From the NCBI GenBank assembly GCA_051294905.1, contig CM119371.1, positions 13,394,001 to 13,458,000 of the forward strand: a DNA stretch of 64,000 nucleotides. The letters are read 5' to 3'. Every line of letters begins with the position of its first letter. Positions within the stretch are counted from its first letter, which is position 1. The stretch is from Botryllus schlosseri (lineage: Eukaryota). Both the position numbers and the translations under genes were made by a program. Positions 51,101 to 58,123 of this stretch are shown here, one piece after another. The notes below the pieces were generated by a model. The model ran no database searches, was not told where the DNA came from, and saw only the letters and a list, made by a program, of their open reading frames with translations.

Positions 51101-52631
51101 ACTTGAGTACATTCAAAGTCATCCAATTCCAACCCTACTTGAAGTAGTTTTAGGTCGATTTTAAAAGGAGTACTTCTACTCGTACTAAAGTCGATTTTTG
51201 CATGGCTGCTTGTACTTCCGTCTGCATGAGTTGCTATCTTGACTACTTGGACCACCTCTGACAAAGTATACATCATTGATTCATATGATGTCGTTATTAT
51301 CACTAGCTTTGCACACTATATAGTTCTACGATTTCCTTACCTTATTATGCAGTTTATACGAAACTTCAAGTGATGGTATAAGGTAAGCGGCAATAACATC
51401 ACGACATCACGCGTACAGTCAAGACTTTATTTACCTGATAACCATTCATTACAACCAACTGTTTTAGTGCAAATTTCTTCCTCTCCACAATCTCCTCTTA
51501 AACACTGAGTAGGTGAAGATAGTTGGCACCGATTTACGTTCTGTAAATCAATTGCGTTCTCCAAGGACAATGAGATTTCCCTTCCGTTTATGAATGCGCC
51601 GGTAATACATGAGGGCAGCGCATTGTCAAGCGACTCCAATTGGCGCCATTGACCTAAAAACTCATCGCATCATACAAATACTTCAGTGATTACGAGCATC
51701 ATACTAACCTAAAATGAGTAACGATCGATTGCTCAAACGAAATGAATAAATGTTTTCTTCTGTGATGTCTAAAACTATCGAGTTATATTGATTGAAATTC
51801 AGAGTAATCTAGAAATAATGATAAAATGTGACAAGTAAGAGATCTGTAAAGTTGAGTTCAACAAATTTTATCTGCATTACCTCCATTTGCGATCGTTTTA
51901 CAATGACATTCTGTGAGATGCGACTTCCACGACCTTTGGAAAATGGTAAGGTCAACGTTTTTTCCCCACGCTGAAACCACACAGTATTTTATAACTATCC
52001 ATATTAAATAGATTCCCAATAAAACATGCTTTTGATAGGCGACGATGGCGCGTCAGACGTCGCGTCAAACGTAACGTTGGTTAGTGTAAAGATTGCTCAA
52101 GATGTGCCAACTAGTGTTGATTGAAATCATAAGATACAAGATTTTTCATTTTTCATAGTGAATATTAATCACAGCAAAAGTTAACGCACGTGGAGTACGA
52201 AAGATATTTATATAAAACGAGCTCAAAATATTTCTACAATAAATCGGTCAGCTCTACAAAAAAAATAATTGAAATTTGGCTAATATTGTCAAATTCTAAA
52301 TAATCTTAAAAGGGAAGAAAGTGAATGAGTTGTGAATTACGAAAAAAAATATCTTGGCAGACAGAGCACATGATATATATATATATACTCACTTTCCCCA
52401 AATATAACTTCATTTCGAAGTTACTCAAGAAGAGAGTTAGCCAACTGTCGACCACGCCAGCATCATCAAACGTCACCACTGACGCAAGTGCACCATCTTT
52501 GGAGCTAGAAAGATAATATAATTCTATTTCGTACAATTCGGCAACATTCTGCCCGCCAGAATGAAGTGATTGCCATCCATAAGACACAAATGAGCTCTCA
52601 GACAGCTTCACAGAGTCGTAGCTTGCTGCGG
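220..52631 (-). CDS. Multi-exon adhesion GPCR gene (latrophilin-like 7TM; ectodomain LamG-like, 2x FA58C-like, PAN, HormR, GAIN/GPS); 5' end not resolved
   Basis: Hand-spliced exons with canonical splice sites (one GC donor) and compatible phases from 50612 down to 429; GPS motif and secretin-family TM1-7 motifs. Junctions above 50612 are only partly resolved. Confidence 0.9.
429..599 (-). CDS. aGPCR exon: end of TM7 + helix 8 (GVFFSIFHCFRTEKVMQELR...)
   Basis: QG.F..IFHC motif of family-B/adhesion GPCRs; ttttag acceptor, gtaagt donor, 171 nt. Confidence 0.88.
948..1475. mobile_element. hAT-type MITE (second copy at 8357-8884)
   Basis: cagtg...cactg termini, TSD ccctaaac/ccctaaat. Confidence 0.8.
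1837..1963 (-). CDS. aGPCR exon TM6-TM7a, copy 1 (KWIKTSAALLSLLGVTWIVGIFFVNQRSAVLAYIFTICHVLQ)
   Basis: LLG.TW motif; ttttag/gtaagt; 127 nt, phase 2 to 0. Confidence 0.9.
2036..2185 (-). CDS. aGPCR exon ECL2-TM5-ICL3, copy 1 (CWLNTQDNTIWAFTGPVLLV...)
   Basis: CWL...IW.F.GP motif; ttgcag/gtacgg; 150 nt, phase 2 to 2. Confidence 0.9.
3130..4558 (+). CDS. L1/Tx1 ORF1 (gag-like, CCHC zinc knuckle CRYCGEPGHIVRFC, Cys-rich C-terminus); own start codon missing
   Basis: Open frame 3116-4558, but 3116-3129 is flanking host/MITE sequence; element sequence starts at the YASAA motif. Confidence 0.85.
4568..8005 (+). CDS. L1/Tx1 ORF2: apurinic-type endonuclease + reverse transcriptase + C-terminal zinc finger (1145 aa)
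   Basis: Motifs TINANGL, IQETH, GGDFN, SRLDRI, SDH (APE); YRPISLLN, DFEKAYD, GIKQGDP, YADD (RT); CLLC..ETIIHVFIQC. Confidence 0.97.
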   Translation: MILSKASMAGDNIIKVLTINANGLQEENKRKLLFSFIKNTGADVALIQETHSTLEAEQTWSHEWKGQSCWNSGNHQNAGTAILIIHKRTSCKITKHEKDPDGRILKVGMHFGNNYLEISNYYGANRYNQKKKQMRLLAARTSRTSPQIIGGDFNAIEDHEIDREPINPRERELSRYLRAVTQTMGVKDTFREANGAKKEFTHFYSGGKSRLDRIYVSDRLKTIDCKHVPCAISDHDAVLATIRLNKQTRNVETIWKNNVRTYYREDFQEELENKWKKWETLYPLIYQNRVEWWESIKHRIKKLAKKYTKKASSEKRREIKRQEQILQKARTDVTLHNLPNTTYQQIKKTVWRLKAEELQKLKKEAKIEEETLLDNNPYMLCKKIKKRREMATIHQLKAPTGITTSNEGEITQIATSYYEGLYATRPINRDVAEHFLSYQEGTLTTKQSKAIDGKIQKDELKRAILQQKKNKTPGEDGLSSELYLLNMDTFVNSLLEVYNEIFTENNISENLARGILKIIYKKGDKEDIKNYRPISLLNVDYKILSTILTNRIKKVLPDITHKHQHVNPPNNIGQINLLLREISAQMRSIKKGAIVSTDFEKAYDSIDHSFLQLVLENSGFGKNFRNFFKEIYHHGKAHISIGGRLGNSIKLGRGIKQGDPISMFLFTMAIDPLLKKLNHELDGFKIPGMKELIVTPSYADDVNLTLAHRADVNEALDIIQDFEKASSLKLNNKKTKGVNYHQETPQAINTGLKWVERMEVLGHAIHKGQPNPHKTWDELMAKAKNLLDEIKNLKLGRWRRQTLITTNILPIFTYAAALTRMPKSTKRELKNAIIDLLFGKTAKPEYEKIIQRKESGGRGLLDIPTITDTIYIKPAIQYLRSLEERNTTDWNARLEHQLALTLKWLTGTPIDNSRPHALQPLAHWAEVNKTMKELKFGKEYIRNGKNRKMYEESIRRNNARALSEMEGPKWTNIQHVALTHDQRDFNWTITSGLLQTNVSLHARALSDSRECLLCGNYLETIIHVFIQCEITTEPREIIMEAWGKATGKSISTNNMQTVINMDPTEALTEEQEASLVVLLTSYKQAVWRARNRIKYEKKTTGKVWIMNSIKQRLRTRRKPQEEGETEKILGKVQEDLSGPPRVATN
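9240..9366 (-). CDS. aGPCR exon TM6-TM7a, copy 2
   Basis: Same sequence as 1837-1963 with intact splice sites. Confidence 0.88.
9439..9588 (-). CDS. aGPCR exon ECL2-TM5-ICL3, copy 2 (L>I and F>C versus copy 1)
   Basis: Intact splice sites, open frame, phase fits exon 17320-17543. Confidence 0.88.
10037..11292. mobile_element. hAT-type MITE with (GGAGCC)n subterminal repeats; nested MITE at 10468-11127
   Basis: TIR cagggctttggagc/gctccaaagccctg, TSD ctacctac; empty site in copy 1; inner TSD atatagac. Confidence 0.9.
11417..14207. mobile_element. hAT-type non-autonomous element
   Basis: TIR cagaggtctcaaac/gtttgagacctt, TSD tgcattac, empty site in copy 1. Confidence 0.85.
11633..13237. mobile_element. 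Nested element with ~265-bp imperfect terminal inverted repeats
   Basis: 11633-11898 is the reverse complement of 12972-13237; TSD gttaccat. Confidence 0.88.
14994..15557. mobile_element. hAT-type MITE with gactcgagtc subterminal repeats (family also at 45929-46387 and 58124-60803)
   Basis: TIR cagggttgtaa/ttacaaccctg, TSD ggtaaaac/ggtaaaat. Confidence 0.85.
16435..16600 (-). mobile_element. SINE 3' body homologous to 62395-62545
   Basis: Shared gcggcatat...acacgatctgcgc.tatgcataccatgag segment. Confidence 0.6.
17320..17543 (-). CDS. aGPCR exon TM3-TM4 (AICTGVAICLHYLFLVVFGWMCTEGYHL...)
   Basis: LHY.FL..F.WM..EG motif; ttgcag/gtgaga; phase 0 to 2. Confidence 0.93.
17594..17757 (+). mobile_element. 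Solo Penelope pLTR-like fragment (stop codon, 3'UTR, hammerhead, ATG), diverged
   Basis: Aligns to ~28950-29112 with substitutions. Confidence 0.88.
17695..17737 (+). ncRNA. Minimal hammerhead ribozyme motif (core intact)
   Basis: ccc-CTGACGA-g-tgtcagc-c-GAAA-ATAT-TC-ggg. Confidence 0.7.
18282..18491. mobile_element. Short hAT-type MITE
   Basis: cagt...cactg termini, TSD ttctaaat/ttctaaac. Confidence 0.7.
19137..20090. mobile_element. hAT-type MITE with (gactt)n/gactcgagtc subterminal arrays
   Basis: TIR cagtgttgggat/atcccaacactg, perfect TSD cttcgaag. Confidence 0.9.
20543..20749 (-). CDS. aGPCR exon TM1-TM2 (LSDADNLALTMITKIGCSISVACLL...IHRNLC...)
   Basis: IGC.IS..CL and IH.NL motifs; ttcag/gtaagt; 207 nt. 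Confidence 0.95.
21647..22473. mobile_element. hAT-type MITE
   Basis: TIR caggggtgtcaaac/gtttgacaccactg, TSD gcttaca(c); 27-bp tandem duplication at its left flank. Confidence 0.8.
22492..22760 (+). mobile_element. tRNA-derived SINE
   Basis: A box tggcgcagtgg, B box ggttcgagtcc, A-rich tail, 14-bp TSD acacgtaccagacg (22478-22491 / 22761-22774). Confidence 0.88.
23530..24150. repeat. Degenerate tandem repeat, about 200-bp unit, about 3 copies
   Basis: aagccggt...gattt..cgatg recurs at ~23722, ~23920, ~24139; ttagtatcgaacgctgt recurs at ~23803 and ~24001. Confidence 0.8.
24391..24434 (-). ncRNA. Minimal hammerhead ribozyme, PLE left arm 3' copy
   Basis: Reverse complement of GCTGAC..accc-CTGACGA-g-tgtcagc-c-GAAA-ATAT-TC-gggt. 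Confidence 0.8.
24526..27072 (-). CDS. Intact Penelope-like ORF: reverse transcriptase + GIY-YIG endonuclease (848 aa from first ATG)
   Basis: DKG..VV, YGLPKTHK, RPI, SFDISSLFTNVP, GLAMGSPL, RYVDD, FLDV, RKPT; C-terminal VVYEYRC..YVGRTSR.L..R..QH..E. Confidence 0.96.
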   Translation of the reverse strand: MNILFNCILKFCTSKKLFKYFRKRYSESQLRILNQLIKTRGRLRTAVSTTAFLKACIAKKTLPAFIKSRIEKSRARLNPRMEQAFLYDEIGKNEKLVTTLRRVCRSLQKEVRSILSFFDLFRFCRYLASIDTIKEKQNSTRNERGINRLVSQRFGSNASPSKKNILNLSDHKLSPTEEFVLSHGLNFCLPPTTVKNEEVFAEFEVLLGQLKHHEPKSDEGIPALKARLSDLAHSYCGCPVDKADFLMNKECFLAIKALRSNPEIHITKPDKGSGVVILNKADYISKMESILHDKTKFISLGSVSEFDNTPKIERRLTNRLLTLKKNGVLTAETYSAIRPTGSQRPRMYGLPKTHKDNVPVRPILSMIGSAHHQLAKWLIDILEPVRELYGTECVRDSFTFAGEIRNLDLPNPDVFLSSFDISSLFTNVPLHETIDICANALYGGKLPPPSIPRNVFVELLQAATCCVEFSFNEVMFRQIDGLAMGSPLGPILANIFVGYYEGELLSQRESAKPLLYRRYVDDTFVIFRNESECDQFLIRLNSLHPALQFTIEKERNNSLSFLDVLVEKRNTNKFETSVFRKPTFTGQYLRWNSFSPRRRKINLIGTLVHRALMICSGNKLSLELDYIRKILLDNGYPEHVISRGMERKLTQFNAEKRTEPTARTIKDVYIHLPWIGPISTRFEKQLISAVGKCYDTVKTNVIFTTTQLLPSTRKDVLPALQQSNVVYEYRCHCDCGYVGRTSRRLQDRINQHVPRFIRTRASRDVKSSPLTHPLKIDADRSKAINSAIGKHLLDNPICANNYRDDRFRIVGRGRSQFHLCALESTFIKIHQPKLCQQKEFVYHLKIVH
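27083..27126 (-). ncRNA. Minimal hammerhead ribozyme, PLE left arm 5' copy
   Basis: Identical to 24391-24434, exactly 2692 bp away. Confidence 0.8.
27218..28076 (-). pseudogene. 5'-truncated PLE ORF (thumb + GIY-YIG), left arm
   Basis: Near-identical to the C-terminus of 24526-27072. Confidence 0.9.
28074..28959 (+). pseudogene. 5'-truncated PLE ORF (thumb + GIY-YIG), right arm
   Basis: Near-identical to the PLE C-terminus; starts at the inversion junction. Confidence 0.9.
29051..29094 (+). ncRNA. Minimal hammerhead ribozyme, PLE right arm 5' copy; predicted cleavage after C29090
   Basis: CTGACGA 29065-29071, GAAA 29081-29084, palindromic AATATT, TC, stem I accc/gggt, GCTGAC:GTCAGC complementarity. 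Confidence 0.82.
29105..33226 (+). pseudogene. PLE full-length ORF interrupted in the GIY-YIG domain by a hAT insertion
   Basis: ORF resumes in register after 31355-32921; only G>R and L>Q changes versus the left copy. Confidence 0.93.
31355..32921 (-). mobile_element. Internally deleted hAT (Buster/SPIN-like) DNA transposon with transposase remnants
   Basis: TIR caggggtcggcaacct/aggttgccgacccttg, TSD gcataaac; minus-strand HLNKLNLELQGK (~32115-32155) and FGSTYACEQ (~31680-31710). Confidence 0.92.
33318..33361 (+). ncRNA. Minimal hammerhead ribozyme, PLE right arm 3' copy
   Basis: Identical to 29051-29094. Confidence 0.8.
34008..34098 (-). mobile_element. Older PLE fragment (partial hammerhead + ORF start)
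   Basis: Matches ~27018-27109 with a few substitutions; truncated within the CTGACGA core. Confidence 0.8.
34996..35158 (-). CDS. aGPCR GPS exon (CVYW...WSSKGC...CECNHL/TNFAILM)
   Basis: Canonical GPS with intact HL/T autoproteolysis site and Stachel TNFAILM. Confidence 0.96.
35977..36172 (-). CDS. aGPCR GAIN exon (...SKIVTRILAASIR...KVIISLQH...)
   Basis: Open frame, phase 1 to 2, GAIN-like V.S.I..ASI and L.H motifs. Confidence 0.8.
36281..36346 (-). mobile_element. Degenerate PLE pLTR/hammerhead remnant (GAAA mutated)
   Basis: Perfect ctgacactcgtcaggggtaatcgtcagc core. Confidence 0.7.
36606..36759 (-). CDS. aGPCR GAIN exon (...DIVFILYESLERLL)
   Basis: ttccag/gtgaga, phase 0 to 1; F..Y..L..LL GAIN motif. 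Confidence 0.8.
38205..38324 (-). CDS. aGPCR GAIN exon (NISSHGELISNTLESAAFLQA...)
   Basis: tttcag/gtatga, 120 nt open, phase 0 to 0. Confidence 0.72.
38396..38528 (-). CDS. aGPCR GAIN exon (...VVKTVDGLLSERNSAAWDELQH)
   Basis: V.TV..LL...N...W..L GAIN-A motif; phase 2 to 0. Confidence 0.85.
39241..39641. mobile_element. Foldback MITE-like inverted repeat (~100-bp arms) next to a Tc1/pogo-like end at 39045
   Basis: 39241-39341 is the reverse complement of 39541-39641; tacagtcgactcc at 39045. Confidence 0.7.
40487..40604 (-). CDS. aGPCR exon, start of GAIN (...PMLTGDW...)
   Basis: cgcag/gtaagt, phase 1 to 2 fits both neighbours. Confidence 0.7.
40964..41095 (-). CDS. aGPCR HormR exon 2 (GTIGEASRICEDYGWSTNREPDLNQCRS)
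   Basis: G.A.R.C...W...PDL..C hormone-receptor motif. Confidence 0.85.
41166..42713 (+). mobile_element. hAT-derived element with (gtaatt)n subterminal arrays and a BED zinc-finger remnant; nested MITE 41548-41858
   Basis: TIR cagagtggga/tcccactctg, TSD atgtgtat; CNNCKNKFKFSIKASSNLITHLLR at ~41920-41995. Confidence 0.85.
42858..43359. mobile_element. hAT-type MITE
   Basis: caggggtcaccaac/gttggcgattcctg, TSD atctataa/atctatta. Confidence 0.75.
43753..43888 (-). CDS. aGPCR HormR exon 1 (...TCPFSIAKNVSWPASNPGIATSNCPE)
   Basis: C......WP...PG.....CP motif; phase 0 to 1. Confidence 0.83.
44580..45199 (-). CDS. Three aGPCR ectodomain exons (45100-45199, 44860-45019, 44580-44744), domain unassigned
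   Basis: Canonical splice sites with consecutive phase compatibility (1-2, 2-0, 0-0); middle acceptor uncertain. Confidence 0.6.
47789..48052 (-). CDS. aGPCR PAN/Apple-like exon (EQCAKLCSASKCRGFSI...CLIS)
   Basis: C...C....C.GF......C.L pattern; phase 1 to 1. Confidence 0.78.
48103..48143. repeat. (ATTG)n microsatellite
   Basis: About 10 tandem tgat units. Confidence 0.95.
48621..49040 (-). CDS. aGPCR ectodomain exon, 140 codons, Cys-containing, domain unassigned
   Basis: ctttag/gttagt, 420 nt open, phase 1 to 1. Confidence 0.7.
49932..50612 (-). CDS. Three exons (50496-50612, 50294-50436, 49932-50106) encoding an FA58C/discoidin-like domain
   Basis: Spliced: HWITFTFDDRKFIHGVSII...EFMVDIGYGKKFRPYMENGENKVF...WARSLKIY...LQPIGC; needs a GC donor at 50293. 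Confidence 0.75.
51103..51302 (-). CDS. aGPCR exon, partial discoidin-like (LSEVVQVVKIATHA...KIDFS)
   Basis: Open frame, gtaagt donor, discoidin-like V.KIAT motif; downstream junction not resolved. Confidence 0.55.
51435..52631 (-). CDS. Exons 52393-52631, 51881-51970, 51435-51653 encoding a laminin-G-like domain and Cys-rich linker
   Basis: SFVSY, IELYY.S..KDGAL, LTLFL, SCI....INGR, C motifs; one junction (51881 to 51653) is phase-discordant. Confidence 0.6.
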
Positions 52632-54376
52632 CTGAAATTGAAAACATGCACATAAATACATCTGATCCAATGTAACATCATGTGAACTCGAGAGTCCTAC
52701 CTGTTGCATGACTATACACGACAAGAGACATCATATATAAATAACGCATGATGATGTTGGGGATTTTACAACCCTCAAATAATTGCTTCTGTAGCTTGAA
52801 TTTCAAGTCAAACATCACCTGTCTAATGTTACTGACGGACTGACACGACTGTGTATGCAATGGGAATATCTTCGCAGTAAATTGGCAGCGATTCCTTGGT
52901 CTACTTATCCGCTCGCGAAATTGATTATCCATGTAATTATAATGAGATTACATTCATTACATTACTCACAAGGGTGAGGAATATGAGGATGGATATTACA
53001 AGACTTCAAGTTACCTGACCCAGCGTGTGCTATAAGCTTCATATTTACTCACTGCTTATAGTAGTGCGAGATTCTTTCGTAACTTAGTAGTCAAGTTTGT
53101 GGAGATAGCCGAGCATAGCCGAGATAGCCGGGATTCCCTGTTCTATAATATAGGAATCCATATAAAATCCGAATACCTCGCAAATCAAGAATTTTCCCTC
53201 CATTGGGGACCTGACATAATCCTGTTTCAACCCGATAACACACATATGTGTGGTCAACTTAACTCCAGATAAATTCCACCTGAGAACTTTAAATCGGCCA
53301 ATGATGCAGCAAAGTTACCAATAGGCTACACCCCCCTAATTCATCAGTCACATTATCATACTGAAATATTACCAGTAGGCTAATAAGGATTCCTACGTAT
53401 TTACATTTCAGTCGGCGAGTCGATCGCCTTTAGTCGGCTTATGAACATCGGATACCTGTACAGGCCCACCACGCATGTCTGAATCCATCTTGGACTATAT
53501 ATGAGCAGAGAGCACAGCAAATAGGATTATTTACGAGTGCCAATCGGGCGATCGTTTTGAAATAACGATAATTTGCGCCCTGTTTCGCAGAGCGGTCGTT
53601 GAATTCTATTGCACAGTGACGCCCTGTGATGATTTTAGAGATGAGTGTGTTTCCACAATGCCAAATCCAAAAATTTATTAGCCATTCACTTGGATCGTGT
53701 ATAATTAAAAAGTTACGTTTTATTAATGACCAGCATTTCTTAAGTTTATGAAGTTGAGTATGGTAACCTATGATCAGCCGTGGTAAAGGAACTAATACAC
53801 AATTCACTATGTTTTGATATATTTAAAGTTTAATGTATGAATATAATGAAGACGTCGGAACGAATTAATTGGATCCCATAATGATGCACCAGAAATTCAC
53901 AAGGTGTCAGGACGATCATTAATATAATAGGGGTAAGTATGCTCCATGGAGTGCCACATTGGTAGTCCTTGGAAAAAGGCGGAGGAAAGAAAGTAATCGA
54001 CAGAAGCGTATGTAGAAATATGGCTCAGATCAGGGTTGGCCAATCTTTTCGGCCAACGGGCCACATGAGATTTACGAACCACTGCTAGGGCCACTTGAAT
54101 GTTGATGTTCTTTTTTAGTCGTCCGGTCGGAGAAAACCGGATTAGGTAACAGTACAAATATGACTTACATTACTACCCATCGAAATCATTAACAATTATG
54201 TCATGAAAACTCTGTGTACATGTCCTAGACGCGCCAAGCGCGAAATATTTTCAAAAATAATGAATGAATTCGGTCAATAATAATGTTAGTTGCATAGCTA
54301 TATATTGAGGGTCACCTCGGTATACCGCTAGGCTCATTTGCCCTGGATATGATTATTCGGCGCTTGGACATACCAA

Positions 54377-54560
54377 GCCGGGGAGATAGTGTAGTGGTTA
54401 CGATAAGCGCCCAGCACGCGGACGGTTCGATTCCCGTCGGAGGATTATTTGGGCTGCTCTACCCCTGCCGTTGCCGTACTTACGGCGACACAAAAGCCCA
54501 TACGAAGACCCGAAGAAAGAAAGCACTCACAATGAATGGAAAGAACGAGTAGAATCGATC
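54377..54560 (+). mobile_element. tRNA-derived SINE (degenerate)
   Basis: A box tagtgtagtgg, B box ggttcgattcc; no complete cloverleaf. Confidence 0.6.
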
Positions 54561-55404
54561 GCGGCTTCAATGGGATCAACATCGAAAAAGAACTGTGACA
54601 TCGGGCACTCTAGGCCGAGGTGGATGTTAGAGTAAAGGATCGCTCGTTTAATCCGAGTTCTTATTTAAACTTATATACGAAGACATTGATTTTTGACAGC
54701 CTATTTATTAATACAGAAAGAATGCATGTCGTTGATGCGCTCATTATTAGATTGCAGTTAGATCAAGACCATTGTATTGTAGGTTTGAAGTTACCAGGGG
54801 GAAGGTTAGGGCTAGGGTCAGCATGGGTTGAGATTAAAGTTAGCTTGGGCTCGTGGCTACTTAAGGTTAGCTGTGGTTAGGGTTGCTGAAAGCGACCCCA
54901 TAGCTGGCATGCATTAGCCGAAAAAAAAGCTTCGGGAATAAATATGAATATTTTATTCAAATAAGCTAACCCTGTAACCATGCTTAACTATAGCTCAGCT
55001 ATCCACAGCTAACGAACGAATTCATTTTTATCGCTATTACTTTTTATGCTACCTTTTATAATTTTAATACGGTGAAAATGCCTCTTTGATTGAACGACTA
55101 ATCCATAAGTCGTTTTGACGCCTTCCCATCCTTTGACTTCATCGCAATCATGCGGTGTTCGGGAAGATGAAATTAATATTAAACGAACCGAACCTAGCCC
55201 CAACCATACAATTATTCTACTAAAATCTTCCAGTCCAGTTGAGTATTAATTGTAAGGATTCGTAATGCAAGTATTTGCCTTCATACCAAGACTCGTATTT
55301 ATATTCAAACGAAAAAAAAACAGATCTGTTTCATTGCACTTGCGTTAGAGACGTAATTTCCACTTGAGTGCAACATTTGTAGCTTTGTACGACATGTTGT
55401 AGAT

Positions 55405-57145
55405 CAGAGGTCTCAAACTCAAACGTGCTCGCGGGCCAATTTCCTACTTTCTGATGGCGCCGCGGGCCGCAGCACCAATGATAGGGGAATTCAAGGTATC
55501 TCAAAGTGGGTCTTATTTTCAGATTTCGAGCATAGGCCTACTTCTGATAACTAGGCTACTTTTATCATGTCATTACCGAAGTCAAATAGAATCAGCGTTT
55601 GATTTTACCTTCGAATGTTGGAACAGATCAATAACAACTTGAACATAATGTGCCATATCAATAGAAATGTGCAATCGCCGAAGAATCCATTGGTGTTACA
55701 GCTGTGCAGCGTAGGCTACGACTAGTTAATACTCGCCACATTAAATTGGCGATAATAACATATATAAAGATACCCAAGATGGCATAGGATGTAACCAACT
55801 ATACACCAAAGGAGCAATATTATGCCGATGGCGGTTGCCATACCTACCTGCTTAGATATCTAACTAAGCTACACAACGCAAGCTACGACCTTTTGATATT
55901 TTACAATTTCTCCTACCGGTTTGATAGTTTGTTCATAGCGTTCTATATGGTGTGGACACAACAATGTTCCCTCCAAGCTGCGCAGTGCTGACACGGTCTC
56001 TGCGCACAGAAAATCTAAGTTGCGCACAAAAAATCCGAAATGATGACCTTATTTTTAGTCGTTACGCACTGTTGTTCAAGGGTCTGCGCAGTGAGTCGGT
56101 GAGTGTAGGCAGACTAGTCAAAAATTAGAGGGAACATTGGACACAAGCAAGTGTCATGGCTCAGTGAAATTGGTCTACGTCACACTTTCCATTTGGTCAA
56201 TGGCAATTTGATGGCAATTTCGACCGGCTTGTCCAGCAATAAATTTGATAAAACGGGTATCAATGGAAAGCTAACACGGTAATGATTGCGATAATATAAA
56301 TTTCATTCTGTTCGTGGCCCTGGAACTCGCGAAAATAAACCTCGGATGTTGCATTGTAAGTGAGTTTGGTATTGTGATGCAACCATGCTGTCTGAGCAGC
56401 TCTGGAGTAAATGCGCACGACAGTGAGAGTGAGAGTGTGAATGCTCAATCGCTTGCGTAACAATGGCCAATACGCTTGCAGCTTGCGGTGGTCCGCACCT
56501 GCTCCCAGTCGTCATTGCTGCGACAAAATACCAAACTCACTTACAATGCAACATTCTAGGCTTATTTTGGGGAGTTCCAGGACCACGAGCAGATTAAATA
56601 TATATTCTCGCAATTAGTACCGCGGTAGCTTTCGATTGATACCCGTCTATCAAATTTCATGCTACGCAAGCCGGTCAAAAATTACCGTCAATTTGCCTTT
56701 GACCAAATGGAAAGTGTGACGTACACCAATTTCACTGAGCCGTGAGATTTGCTTGTGTCCACACCATGTAGGACACCATGGTTGTACCAAGTCACGACAT
56801 TCCGAGTCACAAAAGTCTTTCTCTGATTGTAACGTTTGACGCGACGAGTACGAGTACGAGTAATTCTACAAAAGGTCGCGACCAAGTCCAAATCACAATT
56901 TTCAGTCACGATTCATCAACGGGTCATGTACCATCATAAACAAATAATTTCACGTAATAGCTGATCTGCCACTGCGTGGTAACTTTTTAAAGTGATGTAT
57001 TAGTGAAGTTTGATGAGTAGTTTCAGGCTTCTGGAGTTGTTTTAGAGCGAATTCTAAGTTCTCAAATTAAAAAAATGGTAGTTAAATACTGCCGAATACT
57101 TCGAAATCCAAAATGCCGTCGCAGGCCGCGTGTTTGAGACCTTTG
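55405..57145. mobile_element. hAT-type element containing a foldback MITE (55948-56766) that itself contains a small MITE (55962-56139)
   Basis: TIR cagaggtctcaaac/gtttgagacctttg, TSD ttgtagat; ~250-bp inverted arms; inner TIR caatgttccctc/gagggaacattg. Confidence 0.82.
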
Positions 57146-57236
57146 TTGTAGATGCTGTCCTCGATGAATTCGGGCTTCAAGGATTGCACCGTGGGAAATA
57201 CGGATAGAAACCATAATGCTCCATGATGTTGCGAAT

Positions 57237-57702
57237 CTAGGGCTGGGCAAAATCGAGCGAGTGATTCGATTCTGAATCACGTAATATGCTTCGAGTCGAG
57301 TCGAGTATTCGAGTATTAGTAATTATGACGTCATAACAGAATGCAATATGTAAAAGATCAAATTAATACTTTTTATGCGACCAAAAAGAATATGATGCCT
57401 GTTATCCATCACATTAAAGATACTTTGGTATTTTCCATCATACGGATATCATAGCACTTTGGGACAATGTTGTTGGATGATCATGATTTCGGAATTGTGT
57501 TATTTTCAGTAACGTTAGTAGCTTTGTACTATATTTTTCGTATGCTACGATACGGCCAATCAAGGTTTCAAAGCCTCCACAGTGGAAAATAGTATCGAAA
57601 TTATAATTCACGGTAAAAAATTAACTTTACTACTCGACTCGGATCATTAAAATTAATACTCGACTTAGATTCGAGTACTCGAATCATTGTGTCCAGCCCT
57701 AG
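57237..57702. mobile_element. hAT-type MITE
   Basis: ctagggctgg/ccagccctag, TSD ttgcgaat/ttgcgact. Confidence 0.7.
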
Positions 57703-57814
57703 TTGCGACTCTTGGTGCAAAGCGGTGTATAATTTAGGTACAGGATAAAAACAACTACCCTTACTACTCAACTGAAATTATAACAATTGAATAGCAGGTC
57801 TTTTTTCTTTTTTG

Positions 57815-57956
57815 AAATGATCCAGAAAATTTTTGACTGACACTCGTCAGGGGTAATCGTCAGCAATTAGTGGAGAATTGGAAATAGCATTGTACACTAA
57901 TACCGTATCGACAATCGTATCTCCAAATATCACATCGCAGGGTTGAAATTTTGAAT
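57815..57956 (-). mobile_element. Old PLE pLTR remnant with degenerate hammerhead
   Basis: ctgacactcgtcaggggtaatcgtcagcaa..ag..gagaattggaaa matches the PLE UTR. Confidence 0.78.
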
Positions 57957-58123
57957 AATCGGGGCGAGGAGATCGCTTGTCATCTACTATTTGACTACAA
58001 TATTTTTGGATCGTACATGAGCCCCTGCAGGCACACGCACACTTGGTTGGCATATTTAGATAAATCGTCATCAAAGCACCCAAATGAAAATATACAATTC
58101 AATTGTATATTGTAGTTCGGTAT

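Noticed and set aside
52010..52110. Possible extra LamG exon
   Set aside because: Coding-looking, but I found no phase-compatible splice sites
53050..53965. Candidate 5' exons or signal peptide of the aGPCR
   Set aside because: Several splice-like sites, but no consistent open, phase-compatible chain
54800..54885. Telomeric repeat tract
   Set aside because: Only scattered degenerate gttagg-like units; more likely part of an unclassified repeat
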